From the IMG/VR virus record IMGVR_UViG_3300044854_000040, positions 1 through 31,072 of that record: DNA of 31,072 bases. The stretch is one strand, 5' to 3'. Numbering within the stretch: position 1 is the first letter of the stretch; each line of letters starts with the position of its first letter. Both the position numbers and the translations under genes were made by a program. The notes under the pieces are model-generated. The model was not told the origin of the DNA. It did not search any database and saw nothing but the letters and a program-made list of their open reading frames with translations. The DNA is from a virus (taxonomy: Duplodnaviria; Caudoviricetes). This document shows positions 15,665 to 24,482 of this stretch, piece by piece.

Positions 15665-17319
15665 ACGTCAAAGAACTGGTTGAAATTGGTGAACAGCTCT
15701 TCAGTAAGAAACGGCCGCTGGATGCTTTGCACCAGGAAATAGCGGAACACTTCTATCCCGAACGAGCGGACTTTACCGTTCGGCGTAGCCGGGGAACGGA
15801 CTTTGCCTCTAATCTGATGACTTCCTATCCAGTGCTTTGCAGAAGGGATCTAGGCAACCAGTTCGGAACTATGCTTCGACCAGTGGCGAAGCCTTGGTTT
15901 CATCCGAGACGCCGGTTCAATAACAAGCCAGAAGACATCGAAACCATGCGGTATCTGCAGTGGTTCGAAGAAGTCATGCGCCGAGCGATGTATGACCAAG
16001 CTTCGTTGTTTACCAAGGCAATGAAAGAAGGGGATCACGATATTGCTGCGTTTGGACAGTGTGCTTTCTCCATTGAGTTGAACAGGCGTGCGGATGGGCT
16101 GCTTTTCCGTTGCTGGCCGCTTCGTGATCTTGCTTGGGAAGAGGATGAAGATGGTCAAATCTGCTATGTGTTTCGTAAGTGGAAGCCGACAGCTCAAGTG
16201 CTCTATCGGATGTTCGGAGACAAGATAAGCGATAAGCTGAAAGAAGTTGTTCGCAAGACACCGTTTGAGGAAGTTGAAGTAATGCACTTGGTTGTCGACG
16301 CGGAGCTTTATGATGGTAAAAGCAGCGGACGAAAGCGTTGGTCTATTTGGTACGATCTTCAACACGAGCATGTGATGGAAGAAGTACCGATACATGGCAA
16401 GCATTATGTCATTCCGAGATGGCAGACACCCCATGGTACGTTGTGGGGCTCGCAGTACGCCAGCTCACCATCGGTGATCGCGGCATTGCCCGACGCTCGG
16501 TTGATCCAAGCCATGACGTTCACTTTGTTGGAGGCAGGAGAGAAGGCTACATCTCCGCCGATGATCGCGACGAAAGACGCTATCCGTTCTGACATCGCGC
16601 TTTACGCAGGGGGCATAACTTGGGTCGATTCCGATTACGATGAAAAAACTGGTGAGGTGCTTCGACCGCTCCAACAGGATTTCAGAGGATTCAATTTCGG
16701 TACGCAGTTGAATCAGGATACCCGGCAGTTAATTTACAAAGCATTTTATCTAGATACGTTGACGATTCCGCAGCGTACACCGGAGATGACGGCATATGAG
16801 GTTGGGCAACGTGTTCAGCAATATATCAGGGATGCTTTACCGTTGTTTGAGCCTTTGGAGCACGAGTGCAATGGAGCAATCTGTGAGGAGGTATTTGGCC
16901 TCCTCATGCGAAATGGAGCGTTCGGCTCGCCGGGGAATTTCCCGCGCCAAATGCGAGGGATGGATATCGACTTCCGTTTCGAGTCGCCACTTCACGATGA
17001 GATCGAAAAGCAGAAGAGCCAGCAATGGATGGAGGGTAAAGTGCTGATTGCGGACGCAGTAGCATTAGATCCTTCGGTCGCGTTTATCGTTGACGCGCCT
17101 ACAGCATTGCGCGATACGCTATCCGCCATCATGCCGGCGCAGTGGCTTAATACTAAGGCCAAGACCGATGAGCTTATGAAGAAGCAACAGCAAGCGCAAC
17201 AAGCGCAAAGCATGCTAGCGGCGTTAGAGCAAGGTAGCAAGGCAACTGCAAATATTGCCGGAGCGCAGAAAGACATGGCTACCGCGAATCAAACGGGCGC
17301 TAATACACAATTACTATGA
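15661..17319 (+). CDS. Portal / head-to-tail connector
   Basis: 552 aa with PWF, FG, YVIPRW, ALPD...IQ, MTA.EV.QR motifs and a Gln-rich C-terminus; lies after TerL. Confidence 0.9.
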   Translation: MNVKELVEIGEQLFSKKRPLDALHQEIAEHFYPERADFTVRRSRGTDFASNLMTSYPVLCRRDLGNQFGTMLRPVAKPWFHPRRRFNNKPEDIETMRYLQWFEEVMRRAMYDQASLFTKAMKEGDHDIAAFGQCAFSIELNRRADGLLFRCWPLRDLAWEEDEDGQICYVFRKWKPTAQVLYRMFGDKISDKLKEVVRKTPFEEVEVMHLVVDAELYDGKSSGRKRWSIWYDLQHEHVMEEVPIHGKHYVIPRWQTPHGTLWGSQYASSPSVIAALPDARLIQAMTFTLLEAGEKATSPPMIATKDAIRSDIALYAGGITWVDSDYDEKTGEVLRPLQQDFRGFNFGTQLNQDTRQLIYKAFYLDTLTIPQRTPEMTAYEVGQRVQQYIRDALPLFEPLEHECNGAICEEVFGLLMRNGAFGSPGNFPRQMRGMDIDFRFESPLHDEIEKQKSQQWMEGKVLIADAVALDPSVAFIVDAPTALRDTLSAIMPAQWLNTKAKTDELMKKQQQAQQAQSMLAALEQGSKATANIAGAQKDMATANQTGANTQLL

Positions 17320-17609
17320 AGCAGAAGCGTTTAGGGCCTTGGGAACCGGCGTCGTATCAAGCAGCAGATGCTAGTGCATTGCAGGCATTAGCCGCAGGTG
17401 TGGCGGATGAGTACCAGCAGAAACACGTGCTCAGGTGGATTGTGGAGGTAGCAGCGGCTACATATGACCAATCGTTTTGGCCTGGTGGTGAAGACGGTCG
17501 GCGTAATTCAGACTTTGCCGAGGGGCGCAGGTTCGTAGGCAATTCGATTGTTAAGATGCTGAAGGTAGATGTACAAGCTTTATTGAGAGAGGAGAAGAAA
17601 GATGTTTAA
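17316..17609 (+). CDS. Bbp19-like small phage protein
   Basis: F.EGRRFVG motif; position between portal and scaffold. Confidence 0.7.
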   Translation: MKQKRLGPWEPASYQAADASALQALAAGVADEYQQKHVLRWIVEVAAATYDQSFWPGGEDGRRNSDFAEGRRFVGNSIVKMLKVDVQALLREEKKDV

Positions 17610-18519
17610 GACGAAATTCAGGTTTGAAGACGAGACGCCGGGAGCAGCAGGTGCGGCGGCAGGAGATAAAGGAGCTGCGGCGGGAGACGCAGGAGGGGAT
17701 AAAGGCGCGGCTGGCGATAAAGGCTCAGTTACTCCTCCATCTAAAAGCCCATGGCCGGATAATTGGGCGCATGAAATAGTAGACGGAGATGAAACGCTTG
17801 TCCCACGGATCTCACGCTATACCTCGCCGAAAGAGTTGGCAAAAGCGCTTATTGCTACTCAGAACAAGATTCGCTCTGGCGAGTACAAAGCAGCATTGCC
17901 GAAGGACGCTAAGCCCGAAGAAGTAGCGGAATGGCGTAGGGACAATGGCATCCCCGAAGCACCTGAGAAGTACGATATCAAGTTGGCCGATACATCTGAT
18001 AAAGAAATTGTCGGAGATTTTCTGAAAACGGCACATTCGAAGAATTTCACTCCGGAGCAGGTTAAAGCGGCTTTAGAGTGGAATAGTGCTTATCAGGAGA
18101 AGTTGAATCAAACGCAGCAAGCCAAGGACGATACGGATAAGATAGCAACCACCGATGCGCTTAACGTGGAGTGGGGCGGCAATTACCGACGCAACATCAA
18201 CATGGTTAATAACCTCCTGGAGCAGTTTCCGAAAGGGGTAAGCGAGTTATTGGCGCAAGGCAGGCTCGCGGACGGTACAGCGATATTCAATCATCCGGAA
18301 ATAGTGAAAGGTTTTGCACGCATTGCTTTTGAATTGAATCCAACGGCGACGGTGGTTCCGCGCGGGGGAGATGGCACCAAGGCGCTAGAAGCTGAGTTAG
18401 CCGACATTCAAAAAGTCATGCGTACTGACCGCAATAAGTACAACAAAGACGTAGCAATGCAGGAGCGATACAGAGAGCTTCTTACCGCACAGGAGAAGCT
18501 GAAAACGCGAAAAACGTAG
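17602..18519 (+). CDS. Capsid scaffolding protein
   Basis: Low-complexity N-terminus, G.PE.PE.Y, L..EWG..Y, helical C-terminus; directly before the capsid gene. Confidence 0.8.
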   Translation: MFKTKFRFEDETPGAAGAAAGDKGAAAGDAGGDKGAAGDKGSVTPPSKSPWPDNWAHEIVDGDETLVPRISRYTSPKELAKALIATQNKIRSGEYKAALPKDAKPEEVAEWRRDNGIPEAPEKYDIKLADTSDKEIVGDFLKTAHSKNFTPEQVKAALEWNSAYQEKLNQTQQAKDDTDKIATTDALNVEWGGNYRRNINMVNNLLEQFPKGVSELLAQGRLADGTAIFNHPEIVKGFARIAFELNPTATVVPRGGDGTKALEAELADIQKVMRTDRNKYNKDVAMQERYRELLTAQEKLKTRKT

Positions 18520-18536
18520 AAATTTTTTTCCGAAAA
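18519..18536 (+). repeat. 18-bp dispersed motif, copy 3 (GAAATTTTTTTCCGAAAA)
   Basis: 16/18 identical to 9124-9141; upstream of the capsid gene. Confidence 0.6.
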
Positions 18537-18553
18537 AACAAGTATACTCGCAA

Positions 18554-18659
18554 ATGGTGCTATGTTACGCGTAGCACCATAAGCTCGGCCCCGAAAAGGG
18601 CTTGAAGCCAGCCCCCGATAAGGGCTTCCCTGGCGTCAGCATGACGGCTTCCCCGGAGC
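18554..18659 (+). promoter_or_regulatory. Structured leader upstream of the major capsid gene
   Basis: Hairpin ATGGTGCTATG/CGTAGCACCAT (18554-18580), then nested stems 18583-18659 carrying two GGCTTCCC modules. Confidence 0.5.
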
Positions 18660-18695
18660 GATGGGTAATTTCATCGTTTAATGGAGAATTCAATC

Positions 18696-19544
18696 ATGTC
18701 TGATACCGCATTTCAGACTCAATACCGCCAAGAGTTTATCGCGGCATTTGAGCAGCATCAAACTTTGCTTCGGGAAACGGTTACAACCGAAGCTGTCGTT
18801 AAAGGTAATCAAGCAATTTTCTTGGTAGCAGGTTCCGGCTCCGCCGCGGCAGTAACGCGTGGCGTTAACGGCCTTATCCCTGCGCGCGCCGATTCGTTGA
18901 CCCAGAACACCTGTACGTTAGCTGAATGGCATGACCTAGTACGGAAGACTGAGTTTAATATCTTCGCGTCTCAAGGTAATCAGCGATCTATCATGCAAAT
19001 GACTTCGATCGCTGTTGTTAACCGCAAGATAGATGAGCTGATCATCAATCAGCTTAACACCGGTTCGGTAACGATCGGTAGCTCCACCACGCTTCCTAAT
19101 GTGTCGTTGTTTCAGAACGGTCGTGTGAAGTTGTCCAATGCTTCCGTGCAGTGGGACAACAATATAACGTTACTTTGTCAACCTTCTTTCTTCGCGTACT
19201 TGGAGCAAGCACCTGAGTTTTCGAACGCTCAATGGGTGGATATCCGCCCCTACGCAGGAGAAAACCCAAGTTGGAAGGATCGCAAGGGAGCGTACCGTTG
19301 GAGAAGTGCGTTGATCATCGAGCATCCGAATCTTCCCGGTAAAGGCACCTCAAGTGAAAAGTCGTTCCTTTATCACCGCAATGCTGTTGGTCAATCGATG
19401 GGCGACGGCGGGGTGGATTCGACGGTTGGTTATAACGAAGAGCAGCAATATTCGTTCGCTCGGGTATCTGCTTTCATGGGCGCCGTGGTTCTACAGAACA
19501 CCGGTATCGTAGTTATCACGCATGACGGCAGCGCTTACGCGTAA
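18696..19544 (+). CDS. Major capsid protein
   Basis: Start MSDTAFQTQYRQEFIAAFEQ with GGAG RBS; NRKIDE.II motif; follows the scaffold; C-terminal MGAVVLQ..G.V.I. Confidence 0.85.
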   Translation: MSDTAFQTQYRQEFIAAFEQHQTLLRETVTTEAVVKGNQAIFLVAGSGSAAAVTRGVNGLIPARADSLTQNTCTLAEWHDLVRKTEFNIFASQGNQRSIMQMTSIAVVNRKIDELIINQLNTGSVTIGSSTTLPNVSLFQNGRVKLSNASVQWDNNITLLCQPSFFAYLEQAPEFSNAQWVDIRPYAGENPSWKDRKGAYRWRSALIIEHPNLPGKGTSSEKSFLYHRNAVGQSMGDGGVDSTVGYNEEQQYSFARVSAFMGAVVLQNTGIVVITHDGSAYA

Positions 19545-19558
19545 TAGGAGATTTAATC

Positions 19559-19897
19559 ATGGCTTACGTCGGCACTACAGCAGCAAGTTCTTTGGTCAAT
19601 CCCCCGGCTTCCATACCGGTAGCCGTTGGGGGAGCGTTCGCGAATTCGGGTTCCACGGTCGGTACTGGTGGTCGGATCTGGTTGTACAACTCGACCAACT
19701 CAAGCACGGTGATGGTGGGTTCGAATTTCTTTATCGATGCTTATTACATCGGCATGAAGCAGGGTGACGTGGTGATTTACAGCGGCTCTACCGGTTCTTC
19801 GGCTTTTGTGGGGATCGGTATTCTTGGCGCGGTAACAACCTCCGGAGCGGCTTTAACGTCTACCGGTGGTTTCGTGAGTTCCACAGCTAATAGTTAA
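19559..19897 (+). CDS. Ser/Thr/Gly-rich putative capsid decoration protein
   Basis: AGGAG RBS; immediately after the capsid gene and before a terminator; about 27% Ser+Thr by hand count. Confidence 0.7.
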   Translation: MAYVGTTAASSLVNPPASIPVAVGGAFANSGSTVGTGGRIWLYNSTNSSTVMVGSNFFIDAYYIGMKQGDVVIYSGSTGSSAFVGIGILGAVTTSGAALTSTGGFVSSTANS

Positions 19898-19915
19898 TTC
19901 TCGTACGCAAGCGAC

Positions 19916-19941
19916 AAGGCCGGGGCAGAGCCGGCCTTTTT
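19916..19941 (+). terminator. Rho-independent terminator
   Basis: AAGGCCGG-GGCAGAG-CCGGCCTT hairpin running into a T-tract. Confidence 0.75.
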
Positions 19942-19964
19942 CACATTAGGAGGGGGAAGAACAA

Positions 19965-20405
19965 ATGGACGGTGTAATTACAGTACGCAGGGTAATGGTG
20001 CAGCAGTCGAGTTTAAAGGAGCTATCGTTTCAACGCATTCCTTGGTACATCGACGCGCCTGAAGGATCTAGCTGGCAGGATATCACAACGCCTTTGTACT
20101 TTGCGGCTATTGCGGGTTCGCTGAAAGAAGGGGATCGCATCGAGATCGTTGCTTATGATCGAACTTGGTTGGCGGATGTTTTCATCGTATCGAGTAACGG
20201 CCGCAATGAGGCTAAAGGTGTGATTCTCGCGAAGTATCTTCTATCCGAAATAGCTAATCCGGTTGAGTCGCAGCAATACGCGGCGAAGTTTAATCCGCGA
20301 TGGAAGTGGCACGTCATTCGTCTAGCGGATCGCGAAGTGATCAAGAAAGACATGACGGAAGTAGAAGCGAACGACTTTATCAAGAAGATGGAAGGTCTTA
20401 CTTAA
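19965..20405 (+). CDS. Hypothetical phage protein
   Basis: AGGAGG RBS; 146-aa ORF. Confidence 0.75.
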   Translation: MDGVITVRRVMVQQSSLKELSFQRIPWYIDAPEGSSWQDITTPLYFAAIAGSLKEGDRIEIVAYDRTWLADVFIVSSNGRNEAKGVILAKYLLSEIANPVESQQYAAKFNPRWKWHVIRLADREVIKKDMTEVEANDFIKKMEGLT

Positions 20406-21055
20406 TGGCGGCGCTCACTCGTCTTCAGATTTATAACGATGCTCTTATGTTTCTCGGTGAGCGCGCGTTGGCGTCTCTTACCGAGAACCGGGAGCCGCGT
20501 TATCTTCTGGATAATATCTGGAACAAAAACGGGATCAAAGTTTGTTTGGAAGCAGGGCAGTGGTTTTTTGCTATGCGCACTGAGCAGATTGATTACGATC
20601 CAGGTATAGAACCTACTTTCGGATACAACCGCGCATTTCAAAAACCTACCGATTGGGTTTTAACGTCGGCCGTTTGTGAAGACGAGTTTTTTCAATCTCC
20701 GCTTTTGAGATACAACGACGAAGCAGGGTATTGGTTTTCGGATATCGATACTATCTACGTTCGTTACGTATCCGATGATGCTGTTTATGGTAGTAATTTA
20801 GCTTTATGGCCGGATTCATTCGCAGAGTTCGTAGCCGCGCATTTTGCTTCCAAGATAGCACCGAAGCTAGCCAACAGTTTTGAAGAAGCGCAGAAAGTCT
20901 TAGCGCTCCGTAAGATGAAGCTGACGGAAGCCAAGAACAAATGCGCGATGGCGGATCCGACGCAATTCCCCGCGCGCGGGAAATGGGTGTTGTCCCGGAA
21001 GAAGGGAAGGACAACTCGCGACGGGGGCAATAGTAACGGCCCGTTGATCGGATGA
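20405..21055 (+). CDS. Tail tubular protein A / adaptor
   Basis: I.N.AL..LGE, W.FA, F.KP.DW, and W...F...VA..(L/F)A..IA motifs; start at the TAATG overlap. Confidence 0.8.
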   Translation: MAALTRLQIYNDALMFLGERALASLTENREPRYLLDNIWNKNGIKVCLEAGQWFFAMRTEQIDYDPGIEPTFGYNRAFQKPTDWVLTSAVCEDEFFQSPLLRYNDEAGYWFSDIDTIYVRYVSDDAVYGSNLALWPDSFAEFVAAHFASKIAPKLANSFEEAQKVLALRKMKLTEAKNKCAMADPTQFPARGKWVLSRKKGRTTRDGGNSNGPLIG

Positions 21056-23757
21056 GTGCTTCACAGCGCCCGCTTATTTACGCGTTCAACCGCGGGCGGG
21101 TATCTCCCCTTTCGCTCGCGCGCGTAGATCAGAAGCGCGTTGCACTTGGCGCGGATGTAATGACGAATTACTTACCGCGCGTTTTAGGGCCTATGACCCT
21201 ACGTCCTGGGTGGCAGTACATAGGCGCCACAGCAAGCAATAATCAAGCGGTTTATATGGACTTCGTGTTCTCCACCACGGACACTGCTCTCGTGGAGCTT
21301 ACTAATCAACTTCTGCGTGTATGGGTAAATGACTCTCTGGTTACGCGTGTCGCTGTTTCTACAACGGTCGCTAACGGTAATTTCGACGCCAACCTAACAA
21401 GTTGGGCGGACGCTGATGAAGCAGGTGGAAGTTCGGTATGGGTTGCTGGTGGCTATATGGGGCTCACTGGTAACGGTACGGCAGCGGCAATCCGGACACA
21501 GACGTTAGCGATAGCTGGCGCTGACCAGAATGTAGAGCATGCACTTCGGATCGTTATCAACAAAGGTCCGGTCACTTTTCGCCTTGGTTCATCCGCTGGT
21601 GGGGATGAGTACATCAACGAAGCGACGTTAGGTACAGGTACGCATTCTCTCGCGTTTACACCGACGGGCGCCAACGCGTACATTCAGTTTTCGAGTAGAT
21701 TGAAAAGACAGGTTCTAGTTGATTCATGTAATGTTGAAGCGGCGGGGGTAATGACATTGCCGACACCTTGGGTTACCGCTGACATAAGCAAAGTACGTAA
21801 GGATCAGTCTGGCGATATTTTATTTTGTGCCGCATATGGCTATCAACAAAGGAAGATTGAAAGGCGAGCAACGCATTCTTGGTCTATTGTTCTCTACGAG
21901 CCGGAAGACGGGCCTTTCGATACTCAGAATGTTGGTCCCATTACTATTTCGGCAAGTGCGCTTACTGGTTCAATAACACTTACCGCTAGCGCAGCTCTTT
22001 TTTATAGCACACAGGTTAATAGCTTAGTTCGGCTAACATCAACCGGACAAGTTGTTAGTGCGGATGTAGTAGCGGAGAATAATTTTACGGACGCTATTAC
22101 AGTGACCGGAGTTGGGACAGCGAGAAGTTTTACGTTATCCATAACCAATGTATGGGTCGCTACCGTTGAACTTCAACGGTCGTTCGATGGGGGCGCTACG
22201 TGGATTGATGTAGCTGGTTACACGGCTAATATTGCCACCACTTATAGCGACGGCTTAGATAATCAATCAGTGCAGTATCGTATTGGGGTGAAGACGGGTG
22301 ATTTTACATCGGGCACTGTTAGCCTAACCCTATCTTATCCGCTTGGTTCTATTACTGGTGTGGCAAGGATTACAGCGTATACGAATAAGACTACGGTAAC
22401 GGCCGACGTGCTTACAACGTTAGGGGGTACAGCATCTACTTTGCTATGGTCGTTTGGCAGTTGGTCGGATAGAAGTGGTTGGCCTTCCACGGTTCGCTTT
22501 CACCAAGGCCGCTTATGGTGGTCTGGTAAGAATGGCGTTTGGGGTTCGATATCGGACGCTTTTGATGCGTTTGATCCTGATTTTGAAGGCGACGCAGGCC
22601 CTATAAACCGCACCATTGGCTCAGGTCCAGTAGACAACATTAATTGGCTCATTTCGATTCAGCGCTTGATGCTTGGGGCTCAGGGCTCGGAGTTTACTGT
22701 TAAGGCATCTTCTTTAGACGAACCTATCACACCTACGAATTTCAACTGCAAGGCTTCCTCAAGTCAAGGCTCTGCGTCAATCGACGCAGCGCAATTCGAT
22801 CAGAGGGGCGTTTTTGTTCAAAGAGGTGGCATTAAGATTTATGAGCTTGGTCCTGATCCAAACAACTACGACTACATTACTAAGGATTTAACGGTCTTAG
22901 TACCCGAAATGGGCAGTCCAGGAATCGTTAAGATAGCTATACAACGCCAACCTGATACGAGAGTACATGCTATCCGTTCCGACGGAACTGTAATGCTTGG
23001 CGTAATAGACGAAGCTGAGCAGGTCATTGCTTGGGTAGATGTCACAACTAATGGTGTTGTAGAAAACGTTGTTGTCTTACCAGGGCAAAATGGAAGCACA
23101 GAAGATCAAGTTTATTACGCAGTTAAGCGCACGATAAACGGTAGCACCGTACGCTATCTGGAGAAATGGGCAAAAGAAACAGAATGTAGAGGAGGTACGC
23201 TTAATAAACAGGCAGATGCTTTCATAACGTATTCCGGCGCTTCCACTTCTCTTATCACCGGTCTAGGGCATTTGGAGGGTCAAAATGTTGTTGTATGGGC
23301 AGACGGAGCTGACGTAGGTACTGATGATTCTGTTGTTCCTTGGGTCCAAAATTATACGGTTACTGGAGGGCAAATAATCCTAACGAGCGCGGTGTCAAAT
23401 GCCGTTGTTGGATTAGGGTACACAGCACAATGGAAAAGTACGAAGTTAGGTTTGTACAACGCTACGCAAACAGATACTCCATTGAACAAACAAAAGATGG
23501 TTAAGCACTTGGGATTGCAATTGGCCTACGTCCATCCTAAGGGAATTCAATACGGTCCGGATTTCGATACGCTACAGGATATGCCTCAAATTGAAGCGGG
23601 AACGACGGTAGACGCTGATACGATTCGTCAGGCATACGATGAGCAGTCTTTCGAGTTTCCGGGCCGTTGGTTAACCGATAGCAGGCTTTGCCTACAATCC
23701 CAAGCACCTAGACCGTGTACGGTTCTTGGCGCTGTACCTGAGGTGAACATACCATGA
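21052..23757 (+). CDS. Tail tubular protein B / nozzle
   Basis: FN.G..SP, RPG..Y, QSGD.LF, GWPS.V.FHQGRLW, FVQR.G, L.HLEGQ.V and VGL.Y motifs. Confidence 0.88.
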   Translation: MSASQRPLIYAFNRGRVSPLSLARVDQKRVALGADVMTNYLPRVLGPMTLRPGWQYIGATASNNQAVYMDFVFSTTDTALVELTNQLLRVWVNDSLVTRVAVSTTVANGNFDANLTSWADADEAGGSSVWVAGGYMGLTGNGTAAAIRTQTLAIAGADQNVEHALRIVINKGPVTFRLGSSAGGDEYINEATLGTGTHSLAFTPTGANAYIQFSSRLKRQVLVDSCNVEAAGVMTLPTPWVTADISKVRKDQSGDILFCAAYGYQQRKIERRATHSWSIVLYEPEDGPFDTQNVGPITISASALTGSITLTASAALFYSTQVNSLVRLTSTGQVVSADVVAENNFTDAITVTGVGTARSFTLSITNVWVATVELQRSFDGGATWIDVAGYTANIATTYSDGLDNQSVQYRIGVKTGDFTSGTVSLTLSYPLGSITGVARITAYTNKTTVTADVLTTLGGTASTLLWSFGSWSDRSGWPSTVRFHQGRLWWSGKNGVWGSISDAFDAFDPDFEGDAGPINRTIGSGPVDNINWLISIQRLMLGAQGSEFTVKASSLDEPITPTNFNCKASSSQGSASIDAAQFDQRGVFVQRGGIKIYELGPDPNNYDYITKDLTVLVPEMGSPGIVKIAIQRQPDTRVHAIRSDGTVMLGVIDEAEQVIAWVDVTTNGVVENVVVLPGQNGSTEDQVYYAVKRTINGSTVRYLEKWAKETECRGGTLNKQADAFITYSGASTSLITGLGHLEGQNVVVWADGADVGTDDSVVPWVQNYTVTGGQIILTSAVSNAVVGLGYTAQWKSTKLGLYNATQTDTPLNKQKMVKHLGLQLAYVHPKGIQYGPDFDTLQDMPQIEAGTTVDADTIRQAYDEQSFEFPGRWLTDSRLCLQSQAPRPCTVLGAVPEVNIP

Positions 23758-24482
23758 GCGGGAGCATGTCGGGAATAGGCGATTTCTTCGGCGGGATGTC
23801 CGCTGGAGATTTTAAGCCATTGCTTAGTACTATCCCTACCGTCCTTAATTCCGTCGGGCAGGTATCTCAATATTCGGGTCAAAGGCAGATCGCAGCAGGT
23901 CAGGATCTCCAAGCCAATGCTTATACAGAGATAGGCCAACGCCGAGCGACGATAGCGGAGATAGAGGCAAAGCAACATGAAGCAAATGCCTTACAAGAAG
24001 TAGCATCGAGCCAGCGTACAGGCGCAGAGGATCAAAGACAGGCTAGGTTAGCGGCTTCACGAGCATTAGCAGTTGCGGCGGCGAGCGGCGGCGGCGCTTC
24101 GGACCCTACAGTTGTGAGCATCATTTCGCGCATTGCTGGTGAGGGGACTTATCGCTCGATGACCGATCTGTACAATGGAGAGGTAGCAGCTAAAAATCAA
24201 TTACAGCAAGCACAAGCTAACAGGTACGAGGGAAGTATCGCTCAACTGGACGCACAACGCGCGGCCGCAGCGGCTCAAGCGCGCGCGAGCAATACACGCA
24301 GCAACGCGAACATCAACGCGCTCACCGGAATAGGGAAGTCTCTGTACGACAAGTATGGAAAAGATATCGATCCAAGCAAATCAACTTCTGATGGGGAATA
24401 TACGAACGCTACGGATTTAGGTCTTTATGGAGATAGCGGTAGCAGCTATACGAACGCTACGGACTTAGGATTTTACGACTAA
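23754..24482 (+). CDS. Internal virion (ejection) protein, small
   Basis: Ala/Gln-rich helical protein with A..AASG motif; follows tail tubular B. Confidence 0.7.
   Translation: MSGSMSGIGDFFGGMSAGDFKPLLSTIPTVLNSVGQVSQYSGQRQIAAGQDLQANAYTEIGQRRATIAEIEAKQHEANALQEVASSQRTGAEDQRQARLAASRALAVAAASGGGASDPTVVSIISRIAGEGTYRSMTDLYNGEVAAKNQLQQAQANRYEGSIAQLDAQRAAAAAQARASNTRSNANINALTGIGKSLYDKYGKDIDPSKSTSDGEYTNATDLGLYGDSGSSYTNATDLGFYD
24399..24469 (+). repeat. 23-bp imperfect direct repeat encoding YTNATDLG twice
   Basis: TATACGAACGCTACGGATTTAGG (24399-24421) and TATACGAACGCTACGGACTTAGG (24447-24469), 48-nt period. Confidence 0.85.

Noticed and set aside
17635-17725. AAGDKG repeats in the scaffold N-terminus
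   Set aside because: Ordinary low-complexity linker typical of scaffolding proteins.
22170-22210. Asp-box RSFDGGATW suggesting a sialidase/pseudaminidase
   Set aside because: It is a single copy within tail tubular B, such motifs are common in nozzle proteins, and no sialidase catalytic motifs are seen.
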